Source: Paragordius varius (Eukaryota; Animalia; Nematomorpha). Taken from it: a stretch of 64,000 nucleotides of DNA. The stretch is taken from the NCBI GenBank assembly GCA_964247055.1, contig OZ176053.1, positions 7,130,001 through 7,194,000 on the forward strand, written 5' to 3'. The notes beneath the pieces are model-generated. The model did not search any database. It saw nothing but the letters and a program-made list of their open reading frames with translations, and was not told the origin of the DNA. This document shows, piece after piece, positions 50,184 to 63,543 of the stretch (positions are counted from its first letter, which is position 1; the number at the start of each line of letters is the position of its first letter). Made by a program: the position numbers and the translations under genes.

Positions 50184-52866
50184 ATGTCTAGAAATCGTGG
50201 TGGTAAAAGTTCAATTTCGCAGATATCTACCCATTTAGGCGTTAAGCGTGGCGATATAGCATCTAATTTGATCGAAAATAAAAAAGAAAGTATTTTTGAC
50301 TTAATAGTTTTAAGGAGATATTTTAAATATTAACATACCCAATGAACTTAAAGAGCTCTTGAAAATAGAAGACGATTGCAAAAACTTTTTAAAACGTTCT
50401 CCATTTTATGTTACCATTAGTGAACTAAATAAAAAGAATTATGAGATAGACAGATATACTGATAAATTCAAGCCAAAACAATTAACTCGAAAAGAATATT
50501 TAGATTTAAATTGCGATTGGAATTTTCTTCCCAAAGAACTACACTTTTCTTCAAATATAACAACTTTCAAATCTAAAATTTCTGAAAAAAATATTAGTGA
50601 AAAGTTGCAAGTAACCAATTTTAAAATATAATTTCATAGGTTTTAGAAAAAAAGGAAATGCGAATTGGAGATGTCGAGCCTCAAAATAAGGAGGACATTG
50701 GAGAACAAGAAAATACCATTTTTGAGGAAAGTGGAGACGAAGAAGAGGTTAAGTTTAGCTTTTTATAAATAAAAAAATTTCTTTTGACATATATGGAGAT
50801 TTTTATAATTATATAATAATATTAATTATATATATCAATAACTCATTTTTAAAATTCATATATAAAAAATAATATATATTGGATATCAATCCTTTATAAA
50901 AATAAAAACATGAATATATTAATTTTTTTAATAATTTTGGTCTTTATATACGAGTTATATAGCATTATTTTTTCGGTGGTACTCACCAAAAAAGGGCCGC
51001 AAAAAATATTTATATTGTCTTAGTTGCTGTCCACTATATAACACCGCAAAAAATTCTATAACTGCTAAATCAGCAGATATTTATACTCAAAATAAATATA
51101 AAAAGTATAATAAGTAATTCTGGGCCACTAAAGCACTTTTAGGACTGCATGCGGCCCGTAAGCCACACTTAGAGTACCAGTGATTTAAATATTCCTTTCT
51201 AAAAAACTACAAATTTTAACTAAGGCTAAAAGATAACAGGTTTTTGTTTAGGCCTTATATTGGGTATTAATGATATATTTTATCCTTCTGATCGTTAATT
51301 TCAATAATAATAAGGATAAGATAATTAGATTGTTCTGTTTTACATACCCATTGTACTTATTAGTATAAATAATATTTTGACTCTTCTCACATTGATAGAG
51401 TCGGCAATAATATTATTGTTTATAAACTGCAAAATTCTATCGCAGAAATGATTAAGAGTAAGGTAACTGAACTAGCATTTTATTTTCATATCTTGCTATC
51501 CCAATTTTCCGAATCTTTGTTTGCAATTGTAATTAAATGACCATCATTTATTGTGATATGAATTTTTGTTTATTGGTGGATACAATATGATTGTAATTTA
51601 TAGTTTAATGACACTAAAGATTACAACATTGGCTACATATTCCTGAAAGATAAGTTAATTATATTTACTTAAGTTTTACATAAATTTTTTTTTGTAATTA
51701 ATTTATTATGTAATAATCGAAAAAATTCCCTTTTCATAAAGTTTTAAAAGGAATCGTAATTCCATTCTTTTAACACTATGTAAATCGTTTCAGGTATTTC
51801 CAATATGCGGCTCGTCAAATATTAACAAATGAAATATTGATACTATGTACAGTAAAATTTATATTACACTCACATATAATGATATAATACCTATATTTAT
51901 ATAAAAAGCAAAGAATTTTTAAAACCTTTATTTTTCCCACATAAACTAATTTACGATTTTCGATCTCATCTTCAGCGTACACGCCAACTCAAAATGATAA
52001 GTACTTTTTGTCTGTATATAGTTTTTGCCAATCATTACCATTTCGTTAGAGGGTTGATTCGGGGGTATAAATATTTGATGATTGTAAACAATTTACATAT
52101 ATATTGATTTTTATAGCAAAATAACCTTTTTTAATTTGTTCATCTCCTAATTATATAGAAAAATGTCTTTATATTATCTTGAAACATTATAATATCGTTT
52201 CCACCATGCGTAAAACCATGAAAAGCACTTCTGCAAAATTTTACCGAAATTTGAATTTTAATATATTCATTTTTAGAAAATTTAGAATCCTTGTTACCCC
52301 AGGTATTAAGGAGGGGTTTTTCTCATTCCTTTCATCATCATAGTCAGGGTACGCAACAATAAGTGTATCATAATTTTTTTCCTATTTTGCGGTGACCAGA
52401 TAATCTGTGTTGTTTTCCAGGTTTTCGGGGGAGAGAGGGAGGGGGTAAACTCCATGCGAAGTATATATGTTTTTGCTGAACGTCCGAATTTTGGATTGCA
52501 CTGTTATTTTACCAAATAGATAGCCTAATTGCATGAGGTCGCAGTAGTAATTTCTAACTCATTATATGCCTAAAATTAGATAATTGATTATATACTCGTT
52601 TTTACAATCGTTAAATGTAAATTTTTGTGCTTTTTAAAATATCACTTATTCATTTTGTTGGCAAAATAAATGGAATAGAAAAATATTTGGATCATACATG
52701 ATCAATTATTTTAGCCATTTAAAATTACTATATTTATATCGCTTATGTTGTATGTTAATTATATACGTCTTTTAAATAGGAAAATGATTATGCCGAAACT
52801 TATTTTGACAACGGAGAAGATTTTATCAATGATGAAAATGAGTCGGATGAAGGACCTGTATTCTAA
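50184..52866 (+). CDS. POLR3G: DNA-directed RNA polymerase III subunit RPC7 (POLR3G/POLR3GL/Rpc31 family); exons 50184-50289, 50315-50610, 50640-50746, 52780-52866
   Basis: MSRNRGG start, KRSPFY, EIDRYTDKF, DWNFLPKEL, VLEKKE and C-terminal ENDYAETYFDNGEDF are hallmark family motifs. All introns are GT-AG. Exon 3 needs one extra base to stay in frame. Confidence 0.9.
50974..51182 (-). mobile_element. ~210-bp MITE derived from the Buster-type hAT, in RPC7 intron 3
   Basis: Ends CGGTGGTACTCACCAAAA and GCATGCGGCCCG...GAGTACCAGTG match the two ends of 27474-29920 in reverse; no clean TSD. Confidence 0.7.
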
Positions 52867-53049
52867 CATACTGAAGACATAATGAGTGCTCGAAGTTATG
52901 GGAGCTTGTGGTTAATATTAACCAGTGCAATCCATCAATAAATCTTGTTGTGATTAATTTTTAAAATTTTTATATTGTATTAAAAGCATAACAAAATTGA
53001 TTCAATATGGTATTTTCCTTTTTAATTTTAAATTTACTCATATCATCAC

Positions 53050-54110
53050 AAGGTTCAAATCGAAGGGGCCGAATTAAAGGTTTTAATTTCTTTTTTCCAC
53101 ACCTTCCAATTTTAATTTGGCCTCAATAAGATCGTCATTTAGCCAGCTTTTAGAGAGCTTCTCAATTTTGAACTTGTTAAATAGTAGTACATCATAATTT
53201 GTAACTTATCTGGAATGTTTACGATAGGTGTGACCAGCCCAAGTCTTTTGATTCTCAAGGAGGGATTAAGGCAGTGGTGAGGATTATATTGGATATATAT
53301 TATCCAAATATAGAGTTTTCGGTTATGAACAAAAAATTGTTTTAAGTATTTTAGAATCAGAGTTTTGGAGTTTACCTTGACTTCATCATCGGCCAGCCTT
53401 GCGCCATGGGTTAGCAAGAAGGTAATGAAACAATATAATTTTTTATATCAAGATTAATAAATAAATTTTTGAATATGAGTTTTAATCCGTGCTAATTTTC
53501 CATACTTTGAATGACCATCGTTTGAGGTTATCTTTGGTACCAAATATGGCCAATATTACGTCCCCGAGTTGAATTCGGTTACAGTTTCTTAATCGAATTT
53601 AGATTTAGTTCTACCGAGGGTAAAATTTTAATACACTTTAAACAAGTGAAGTTATTTAATCGAGTTTTCTGTGGCCTTTAAAGCACTGACTCTTGGGTAC
53701 ATAATCTATATAAATTAATTGTTTTGCTCAGTTTTACTTCTAGGCCATAATTTTCCAAGCATTTCATTCATAAACAGATATAGGCCGTTTCCGATGAATT
53801 CATAAATAATAAGGTCATCAGCCAGAAACAGCTCCCTTGGAGACCCCTTTATATGTTTTATCTTACCTAATCTTATTGATTGTTAGTAGAAACAGCAAGG
53901 TCTTAGAGTAAAACCTGTGTGTACAATAATTAATTTAAAATATAAGGTCCTAATTTAGGCTTTGGTGTGGAATTAATATGAAAAATCATGCTGATTATCC
54001 ATTCTTCAATGCGTTTTCTTCTAAGGTGGGTGTTATCATTAAAGAAGGTATTGTACAGCGGTGAACTTTGTTGGGCATCTTGCATTTGACTATGCTTTTT
54101 TTGAAACGAC
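53050..54110 (-). pseudogene. decayed LINE reverse transcriptase (second family)
   Basis: GFTLRPCCF...GSPRELFLADDLII (FADD), then ETVTEF-LGDV and LTHGAR-like segments in RT order. Confidence 0.6.
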
Positions 54111-54859
54111 ATGGTTCGGCCTCAAAATAAGAAATTTATCTTTTATATCAGGCGTCAAACTACGACTACAGATATTTTAATAGCTTGCAATAATAAAAAA
54201 CGCACGAATAGCACAAACATATCTTGATAATTAATATTAAAAAGCTTTTTTTAAAAAATAATTAGTTTTGATATAATTTTTTTGACACTTCAATACTTTT
54301 AGGTAAATACTGTATCGAAGCAAATTATAAAATATGTTTTCTTTTATTTTGCGCATAATTTTTAAAAAAATGTAAAATTTAAAAATCTTCATCTGAAACT
54401 TTTCGCTGCCGTTTTTTTCCTCAAACTTTTTAAATATCCAATAAAAACGCAAATAATTGTGTAATTACACAAAGTTTCCACACTTCATTTGCCAGATACA
54501 TGATATTATTAATTTTAAAATCAGTTATTTTAATCGTATTTTGGGCATCCCGATGCGAAACTCTATAAGTTAAAAACTGTAAAAATTATAAGTTTTATTT
54601 ATAATAAACAGGAGAATATAGTTTGATAATATAATTTTAAGCGAAACAGTGTTAACAGTATCAATCTCTAAATGTGATCTCTATAAAAAATAAAAAATGA
54701 AGTGTTAACTATTTTACCAGCGGTATTCACTGTTGGCGTTCCGACCGGCTCGATTTGATTGGAACTAATTATATTTAATTTGACGATGAATGAAACTATT
54801 ATTTAATTAATGTGATAGATATAAGCGTTTTTCAATTATGAGAATTCTTAAGTGTATAA

Positions 54860-55918
54860 CACTGTGCTTTTAACAAAACATTTTTTTTTCATCAAATAGC
54901 TTTTGAACAGCGTATTCATTTGTTGTAAAAAAATTTATTTGTTGACGACCTAGTTTTTGAAATATTGAGAGGAGAAAATCGAAATCAGGCAAAAAGTGAA
55001 GTTAGGATAATAAAGGATAATGTTAAATTTAAGATATTATGGATTATCATTTTAAGAGATATTTTCATATATAAATAGCCTAAATTCAGTTAGGGTTTTT
55101 ATAAAATCTCAGTTCAAAAGATGGCGTTTTTTCAACACACTTAAGATACAAAAGTTTTTATGAAAATAAATTAAAATAATCTTTTTAGTTTTTTACTAAC
55201 TAAACTCACTATAAAATTCTTCACATTCGTATTTTATTAAGTAAAAAAATATCAAAATATAACTAAAAAACATTGTTTTATCAACCATCAATCCTTACAA
55301 ATCCCTGTAACATTGCTTTAACACAAATTAATACTGGGATCTGTACGGATTGTTGGTTCATTTTCCACTACTTATAAATTTTATTTTGTATTATTTTATT
55401 TACTTTTCCCGCTCATGTAAAACTCCAAGATAAAACAGTTAGTATTTTATATACTCATAAACCAGATGACAAAAATGAAAAAATTAAAAAAATTTTAATT
55501 TTATTTTGATATATAAGTTTTTTTACTGAATAAAATATGAATGTTAATTAATAGTGAGGTTAGCTAGTAAATAATTAAAAAAAATTATTTTAATATAGAT
55601 TTATAAAAAATGTTTTGTCTTTTAGGTGTCTTAAAAGAATCCATCTTTTTAACTGATATTTTATAGAAATTCTAACTATATCATTTTAGGCTATTTATAT
55701 ATTAATATTTCCTAAAATCATAAAAAACCATAACATCTCAAATTTTATCATTGTTTTTCCAATTATCTTAATTTTCTCTTTTTACTCAATTACGATTTTC
55801 TATCAATATTTGAAAAACTAGGTCGTCAACAAATAAAAATATTCAAGTAAATGAATTCGCTGCATCTCATGAGAAAAAATTTTTTTGTAAAAAAATTAAT
55901 CATTTTTTGCACACAGTG
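54860..55918. mobile_element. ~1.06-kb TIR MITE
   Basis: Ends CACTGTG and CACAGTG; inner inverted block TTGTTGACGACCTAGTTTTT (~54940) with AAAAACTAGGTCGTCAACAA (~55815). Confidence 0.65.
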
Positions 55919-56717
55919 TAATACTACCATCATGCTTTAAAATACCATAAAATAGACCCTAACAGATTTTTAAATAAAGCTGTTTCTGCTTAAAAATAAT
56001 ATTAATTTTATCATGGAGCATATTTTGAATAAATGTGTTACAATTTAGGGTTTTTTTGCATAGTAAAAAGGACTAGTTTAAACTGAGTCCAAAATATGAG
56101 CTCTAGAAATAAGTTAATATAATTGTTTTGTCTGTAAATATTGTCTAATAGAAATGTATAAGGATTCTCGTGGTAGTTTTGGGACTTACAAATATGAAAG
56201 TTATACCCACTTTTATGGTAAGTGCCCCATATCAAAAAATCGCAAAAAATATGCTAAATAAAATTCGTTGTGAAAGGTAATTATTTCAATACAGAAAATA
56301 TCATTTATATATACATAATATTAAAAAATGATATTTAAAATAATTTTGGATTAGGGCATGAAAATCTCAAATTTTGCCCTTATGAGCAAGATTTTTGACA
56401 CTCTTTCTTTTCGATACCCTCGAGTGATAATTTGAATATATTAAAAAGTATTTAATGGCAAAATCAAAAGTATGATTAGTTTATCTTTGTATGCGCATTG
56501 TATCCATTCTCATCTCTTTCAGTCCCATTTTTATGCGGATTCTTAAGTCTTTATTAAAACAGATAAATGTGAATTAGGAAAAAAGATTATGATTAGAAAG
56601 TTTTCGAATCGAATATAATTAATAAATTATTGATTATTAAATCAGCTGTTTGTTTTTCATGTTTTTGAGCTATCCGATTTGAAACAGAGGTTTAAAAAAC
56701 TGTAAAAAGTATTATCA

Positions 56718-57650
56718 GGGCTTGGAGCCGAAACCGCATGGAACTGGAACCCGGTTCCTGGAAATTTAACAATAACCGGTTCCATTGGGCGGGAACCACC
56801 CTGGTACCATTCCAAAATTTCAGGAACCAGCCCGGTTCTACCTATAAATTTTTAAGAACCAACCCGGTTCCGGTTCCACTCTCTTAATTAGTGGTTCCCA
56901 TATGATTTTTATTAAAAATTTTATTTTTTGGGGAAAAAAACATCACTCGCCAACATTTATAGATGTTACATAAAAAAATAACTAAAGAAGACACTATCAT
57001 TGTGGAGAATAATGATACAACGGATGATTTCGAAAAATTGTCTCCGTCAGAATAATCTCACAAATAATACCATTTTATTAATATGAATTTTATAAACAGC
57101 CGTTTATTACCCCATGAGCCAATATCATGGAATATTAGAAAAAACAACTCACCGTTGGCCAATATTGTAATGCCCGTACCTGCTACTCTATTTATAATTA
57201 TGTTCCTATATGTATAGGTCTCCGCTGAAAGGAGTTTTTCAACCCTTAATTTTATATTTTTAGACAGAGAAGCAGTTGACCAGCGAATTGCTTGGTGCAA
57301 TATTTTTTAAAGTTAAATAAAGATTTTTTTAGATGCCATGCTTAATTTAACATTCATTATATACCATTGTACTTATACATTTTACTATTATATTTGTTTT
57401 ATTTATTATGCTACACTATATTTCTTTCACTATACATTTGGCAATTTAAAATAACTTTTTTGAGATATAATTTTTAATATTTTGGTTGTATTATTTTTAT
57501 AATAAATATTTTGTAAGAAAATCATTTAATCAAAAGTCAGGCACCAAAAATGGAAGTGGTTTTAAATATAAAGAACCGGTTTCGGAACCGCTAAATTTTT
57601 AAAAAACCAACGCGGTTCCTGTTCCATTTGTTCTGGAACCACCCCGGTTA
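56718..57650 (+). mobile_element. hAT remnant with GGAACC/GGTTCC subterminal repeats and a dimerization-domain fragment
   Basis: GAACC/GGTTC clusters at 56720-56900 and 57550-57650; + strand LANIVMPVPAT...VSAERSFSTL at ~57150-57250. Confidence 0.6.
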
Positions 57651-58129
57651 ACTTTAACAAAAAGTAATATTTATCAAAAAGATTACCTAAAAATCTAATC
57701 GATCTACCAAAAATATAAAAGGTAAAATGTTATATAATCGAAAAAATGGCGGGATTGCGCCATTATGATAAATTATGATATCAAAACCGATTTTTACTTA
57801 GAAATTAGATTTCGCTAACTATTACTGCTTAATTGTATCTCAAAATTTGGATTATAAAATTTGTTTGTCTTCAAATATATGTTAAATATAATAGGTTTTT
57901 TAATAAAAGTTAACCCAAATCGAAGGTAAACTAACATATTAAATTCTGAGGAACTTCAGCACCCTATTGGCTAAAGTACGGTAAATTAAAAAAAATTATA
58001 ATTTTAACAAAGTCATTTCAAATATCAGCGTTTTTGCCTATATTTTAAAAAATCAATTTAGGAGGGGAAAAAATTTAGATTTATGGAGCCTATACAGATA
58101 TTACAATATCGCTTAACTTTTTACATCTT

Positions 58130-59270
58130 CGATTTAAATTGGGAGAACCAGTGACCCAGACAAAAATAAAATGACAACTAAAGGGACAATTCCAATTATT
58201 TATGCTTTCACCTTAAATGATATACATAATCCAAATATGTAAATATAACTTAGGTTTGAAAAAAAGCTCCATATCCAGCCATTTTTATTTTGCAACATTT
58301 TTGGATAATATATATTGTTTTTTATTCAAACGCTAAAATTTATGTTAGTTTATATTTTAACATCTATATAAACAAAAAAGTAATCTATATTTTATTTAGA
58401 TATCACATGTAATGTTGGTGAAATCATTCCCTTCACATTGCGTCCTAAATCGCGTACAAAAGAATAACCCTATGAAGTATAAATATTCTGTTAATATGAT
58501 AAACTACATATAAACAGCAAAACTATATTTTCAAGAAATTTTAATTTTTCGATGTGGGCTCCGAAGTTACCAATTTTTTTGCTTTTTTAAAATGGGCTAA
58601 TCCTCTTAAAACAAACGCAAAATCCCGGGATTGCGAGATAAAATATTCAAATGTATGATAAATTTTGATATCAAGTAAAACTTTTTTATTTAAAAAATAA
58701 ATACTTTTTTCAATTTATTTTTTACAAATTTCTGTTGAAGCGTATTTTATGTTATTATAAGTTATGTTAAAAATAAGATTTCATAATAACACATTTTATA
58801 ATTCGATGATACTAAACATTTCTTTTACCTCAAAATTTTGATTAAAATATTCGTTCGTCTTCAATATGTTATAACTATTGTGTTTATTTACAAAAATTTA
58901 GCAAAATTTTTATTAAACAAACGAACATTTATATTAAAGTTTTGAAGTTATAGAAATGTTCAGCATCATCGGATTATAAAAAGATGTATTTATAATAATG
59001 TCTTAAAGCAATTCAAACCGTTTCCCGCATGACTCAAAATAGTATGAAGTATGGTTCAATAAAATTGTGCTAAAAATTGAATTTTTGAAAAAGTATGTAT
59101 TTTTCTAAAAATAGTTTTAATATTTAATATATATTTAAAAGTTTCATCACAACCGGAATTTTTGCGTTTATTTTAAGATAGAAAGCCTATTCCATATTTA
59201 AAAGCTATCAAATGCTTTCAATTTGAATCAAAGGGCTGAAATGAATGTGTTGCATCGTGTTAAATAAACC
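58130..59270 (+). repeat. diverged member of the piggyBac-like composite repeat
   Basis: Left inner-repeat remnant (58135-58165), body similar to 3600-3960, and right end GAATCAAAGGGCTGAAATGAATGTG...GTGTTAA. Confidence 0.5.
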
Positions 59271-59294
59271 ACTAAATTGTCTTTTTAAATTACA

Positions 59295-62200
59295 GGATAT
59301 TTATATTGGGCGATTTTAACGCGATAGTAGGTAATGAAAATAAACACCAAATCACTGGTGAGAAAGGACTGGGAAGCAAAACGATTGAGGTGACCGCCTC
59401 ATAGAATTTTGCAGCGAACATAAATTCTTTATCTCAAACTCCTTTTTCCAACAACCTAAGAGAAGGCTATACACATGGACCTCACCTTGCAAGAGGCACA
59501 GAAACCAAATCGACTTTCTCGGCAGCAAACATATAAATCTTCATTTATGAAATTAAAAACCTGCCCTGGTTCCGAGTGTTCTGATCATAATCTCCTTGTA
59601 GCTAAACTTAAAATTAAACAAGTACTCTCACGCAAACCAGAATCTCAGCATAAACCTAAATTAGATTTTTCTGCGATCTCCCCCCAGTTTCCTTTGGTAC
59701 TTGAAAACAGATTCAAAACAGTCGAAATTGACGATGACACTAAAAATCTTTGGAAAACAATACAAAATATCACTAGAACTACAACCAGAGAATCCCTATC
59801 CAAAAATCCCATCATAACAAAATTAAGCTATTACAAAAAAGTTTAAATTTAGCGGACAAACGGCGCCAAGCAAAATGCAATAATAATACGCCAGCGTACA
59901 AATCACTTAACGTAGAGTTCCAAAAAAGCGCTCGAAACGACAAAAATGAACACTACAATCAGCTGTGTTCAAAATTAGAAAACGCTGCCAAATATAACAA
60001 CTATATCTTATTGTACCACGTAGGTCTAAAAGCTACAAAGGCCCAATGAGAAAGGAAGGGAACAATATGTATTAAAACTATACGGCACCAGCCTATCAAA
60101 CGTCGATAAAAACAGTAATATCTATCAACATGACCCGCAGATCATCAAAGAAGAAGTTGAATAGCGCGCTCAACCGTTTCCCAAACAACAAATCGAATAG
60201 GTACAACGATATCCCATCCGAACTCATTCGTTTTTCCTTATTTATCCTAACTGATTTATTCCAAAAGATATTTGCTCACGCCTCATTCCCCCAAGATTGG
60301 TGCAAATCAATACTTTCCCATCTTGAAAAAAAAACGATCCTAAATCATTTAACAACTATAGAACTATAGTGCTAATCAACCAAGCCTCAAAAAATTTTCT
60401 CAAATAATTTACAGGCATATCCAAGGCATAATTGAAGCCAAACTTTCTAATTCCCAAGCGGGATTGGAACCAATCGCGGATGCAGGGACATGATCAGCAA
60501 TATACGTTGGATATTCGAAAAACAAATTGAATTTCAGAAAGAAACCCACATCGGCTTCATTGATTTTTCAAAGGGCTTCGACAGCGTGAAGCACGACTCG
60601 CTGTGCATCATATTAGATTGGAGTATCATAAACATCATCAAATTCCTTTACTCCAATTCATCATTGATCATAAAAACCCCATACGGCACAAGTAATTGGA
60701 AACGAATGAACAATGGTTCATGACAAAAATGGGCCCTCTCACCGACTCTTTTTAACGTTTGCATAGAAAGTGTATTAAGAAATATAGATAAAGCTAATGG
60801 CATAAGCATCGCCGGCAAAATTATGCTGACGACACTATAATGCTGTCAATTTCATAGGACAACCTTAAAAACTCTTAACAGAATTTTCAACTGAATACCA
60901 AAGTTCGGTCTGACGATCAACTACAAAAAACTAAACTTATGAATATAAACGCTCAGAATCATTACAACAATTTATCCTTTGACAACCAAAAAATCGAAAG
61001 AGACTCCCAATACACTTATTTAGGCAGTCTTATCACTACAGCTAGCAACAGCACCCCCGACATCAGAAGAAGAATAGGAATCGCTAAATTAATAATGAAT
61101 AAATATAATATAAACTATAGTCACATGACATCAACCTCAAAACAAAAATCCGATTAGTTAAAATCCTTAATATTCCCTAGTATGCGCGTCAGAAAGTTGG
61201 ACAATAAAAAAGGATGACAAAAGATACAATAACGCCTTTAAAATATGGTGCTGGCGGAAGATACTACAAAACACCTGGAAAGACAAAATAAAGAACAATC
61301 CCGAGATATACGTGATCGGCATGTGCCTCAAAATGAATATTATACTTTGGTCACTATACCAGAGCTAATGAACAGTGGCGGGCATATGCTGCGCCCGGGA
61401 CATAAAACTCTTATGGCGCCCCCTCCCCCCTCCTTTTTTTGAAAGCCAATTTTATCAATCTTCTTTCTGCCTCTTTCCAAATAGTAAATGCTTTTAGATG
61501 ATTGAGACGATTTTCATGATGGATTAATTTATCTTTTTTCCTCCATTAATTGAAACCATACGTGGTTACAAAAGATGATGGTAAAGAAGTAGATCGACCA
61601 TAATGTAGGCAACAAAAATACGCAGATCTGTTCTTTGGTGAATATAAAAGCCAAAACCACCTCAACTTCAAATCCTTCTTTTTTACCACCTCGAAAAATC
61701 CAAAATTGGGGCATTGAACGGTGATTTTTTTTGTAAAGAGATTGCATTTAATTTGAAATCCTTGAGATCCACGAATAATCATTTCTGTGTGAAGTTGATT
61801 AGATATTATAGAAACATTATTATTATTAAATTTTAAAAAGACGACATCATTAAACTCTATATGTATAGCGCTTGGAATATTACTAATGGCATATTTGTGG
61901 TTTTCTCATCTCTATTTATTAGATCAATAGGGTTTCAGGTGTATTTAAGTTATAATTATTAAGGGGTACGATTATGTTTGTGTCGCATACACTTTTTCCA
62001 ATGTTATGGTCAGATATTTTCGTTAAATAAGATTTCATAGTCATTTTTGTTTCTTTCTGGATTTTTAGTGTCCTATTTGCGTAACCGCTGAGTTTGAGCA
62101 GTGATATTTGATGAAAACAAGGCATATTAAAAAAACCTATCTTGTTAGAGATGGAATGATTTTGGGGATTTAAATAGGTTTTAAAATTGAATATGATTTA

Positions 62201-62775
62201 AATAAAGATGCAATTATGAATTATAAGAATAAGAGATAAGGTTTTGAACAGAGAAAGAAGTTAAAATAATTTAATGAAAGGCAATAAAAGAATTAACAAT
62301 ATGTGCCTGATAAAGAATCGTTTTTTAAGCGAAAAAATAAGTTTGCACATGTTGAAGGGAATACCTCCATGGAAGTTGTTTTTTGCATAATGCTTGCTCT
62401 TGATCTCATTTATATAATTTCATTATATTATGGATAATTACGTAAATTGCTGAAAAATCTTACTTGAAAGTTGTTATTATTTATGCAAAAATAAAACTAT
62501 TTAGGCGCCCCTAAGAACGGTGTCCAGGGCATGATGCACCCCCTTGCCCACCTCGGTATGCCCCTGCTAATGAATTAGGATTCCAACTAATGACAGGCAA
62601 GGTCGAATGATCCAGGAGTGGACGCTGCAAGATGCGCTGGATCAAAAACCTAACTAAAGAAACCAATCTCTTTTTACAACAGCCAACAGCACTCGCTTAC
62701 AATCGGATAAACTGGAGAAAATATACCTTCGAAAAAGCAATAAATCGACAACGATTTTTGTTATAGTAATAGCTT
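59295..62775 (+). mobile_element. RTE-type LINE, 5'-truncated in APE, frameshifted, interrupted by a hAT derivative
   Basis: LGDFNAIVG, SDHNLLVAKL, KGFDSVKH and YTYLGSLI motifs; the 3' end resumes at 62567 and matches the reverse complement of 9725-9920. Confidence 0.92.
61373..62566 (-). mobile_element. internally deleted hAT (ZMYM1-like, TTF zinc finger), 1194 bp
   Basis: 8-bp TSD CTAATGAA (61365-61372 and 62567-62574); ends CAGTGGC and GCCCCTG; minus-strand RWFWLLYSPKNRSAYFCCLHY...GFN*WRK resembles the ZnF_TTF motif. Confidence 0.85.
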
Positions 62776-62936
62776 AACCTAATCGAAAATTTTATAAAAT
62801 ATGAAAAAATTGTTTTTTAAAAGAATAATATAAGTATTAGAGCTGCAAGTAATGCGAATACATATAATTTAAATTTTTATATTATTTTGGCAATTTTACG
62901 GTGGCAGATAAACATGTGTAAATTTAAATTTTACAG

Positions 62937-63543
62937 ATGACTGAAAGTAATGATTTGGATAAACAAATTCGAGAGCTCTTAGTAAATGTGGAATTGAATA
63001 AATTTGATAAAGACACAAAATTTCACACTGTACAAAAAATTCTTGAATGCTTTGATAAAGAAATTGATTATGAAGATTTACCTAAGAATATTATAGTTAC
63101 CAACATTCCTGAGAATGTTTTTTCTGACTCTCAGATTAAAGTAAATGATGATTAATTTAAGAAACAATTCGAAAATATATTTGACGCGACACTCATAAGG
63201 AATATTATTTATTTTCCAAGCTTTAGACGTGTCCGTGTTGATTTTGATTCCCCACGGTATTCTACATTTTATCGGATATACTTGAATGAAGCTGATTTCA
63301 AGGGATCTATCATAAAAGCTTTCTATATACAAGTTTGTTTTAATTTATTTTATTACAATTTTCTCAATATTTACCAGGATCCGATCAAAATATCTACTGA
63401 AAATTTTTTAAAAATTCCTCCACCATTCAAGAACTTTTTAATATCACCGCCCAGCTCTCCACCCGAGGGTTGGGAACAAACCGCCGAATCTCAACCAGTT
63501 ATAAATTACGATCTTATATCGGCATTGGCTCAACTTACACCTG
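62937..63543 (+). CDS. RCAN: calcipressin / regulator of calcineurin (RCAN family), exons 62937-63140, 63162-63332, 63378-63543; last exon not identified in window
   Basis: DYEDLP, SFRRVRVDF, the FLISPPSSPPEGW signature and PVINYDL. The three intron positions match those recalled for human RCAN1. Confidence 0.95.

Noticed and set aside
63141-63161. TAA read-through or a non-standard code as an alternative to the 21-nt intron
   Set aside because: TAA ends RPC7 and the transposase, long ORFs lack internal TAR, and the gap-free RCAN alignment with GT-AG ends favours splicing.
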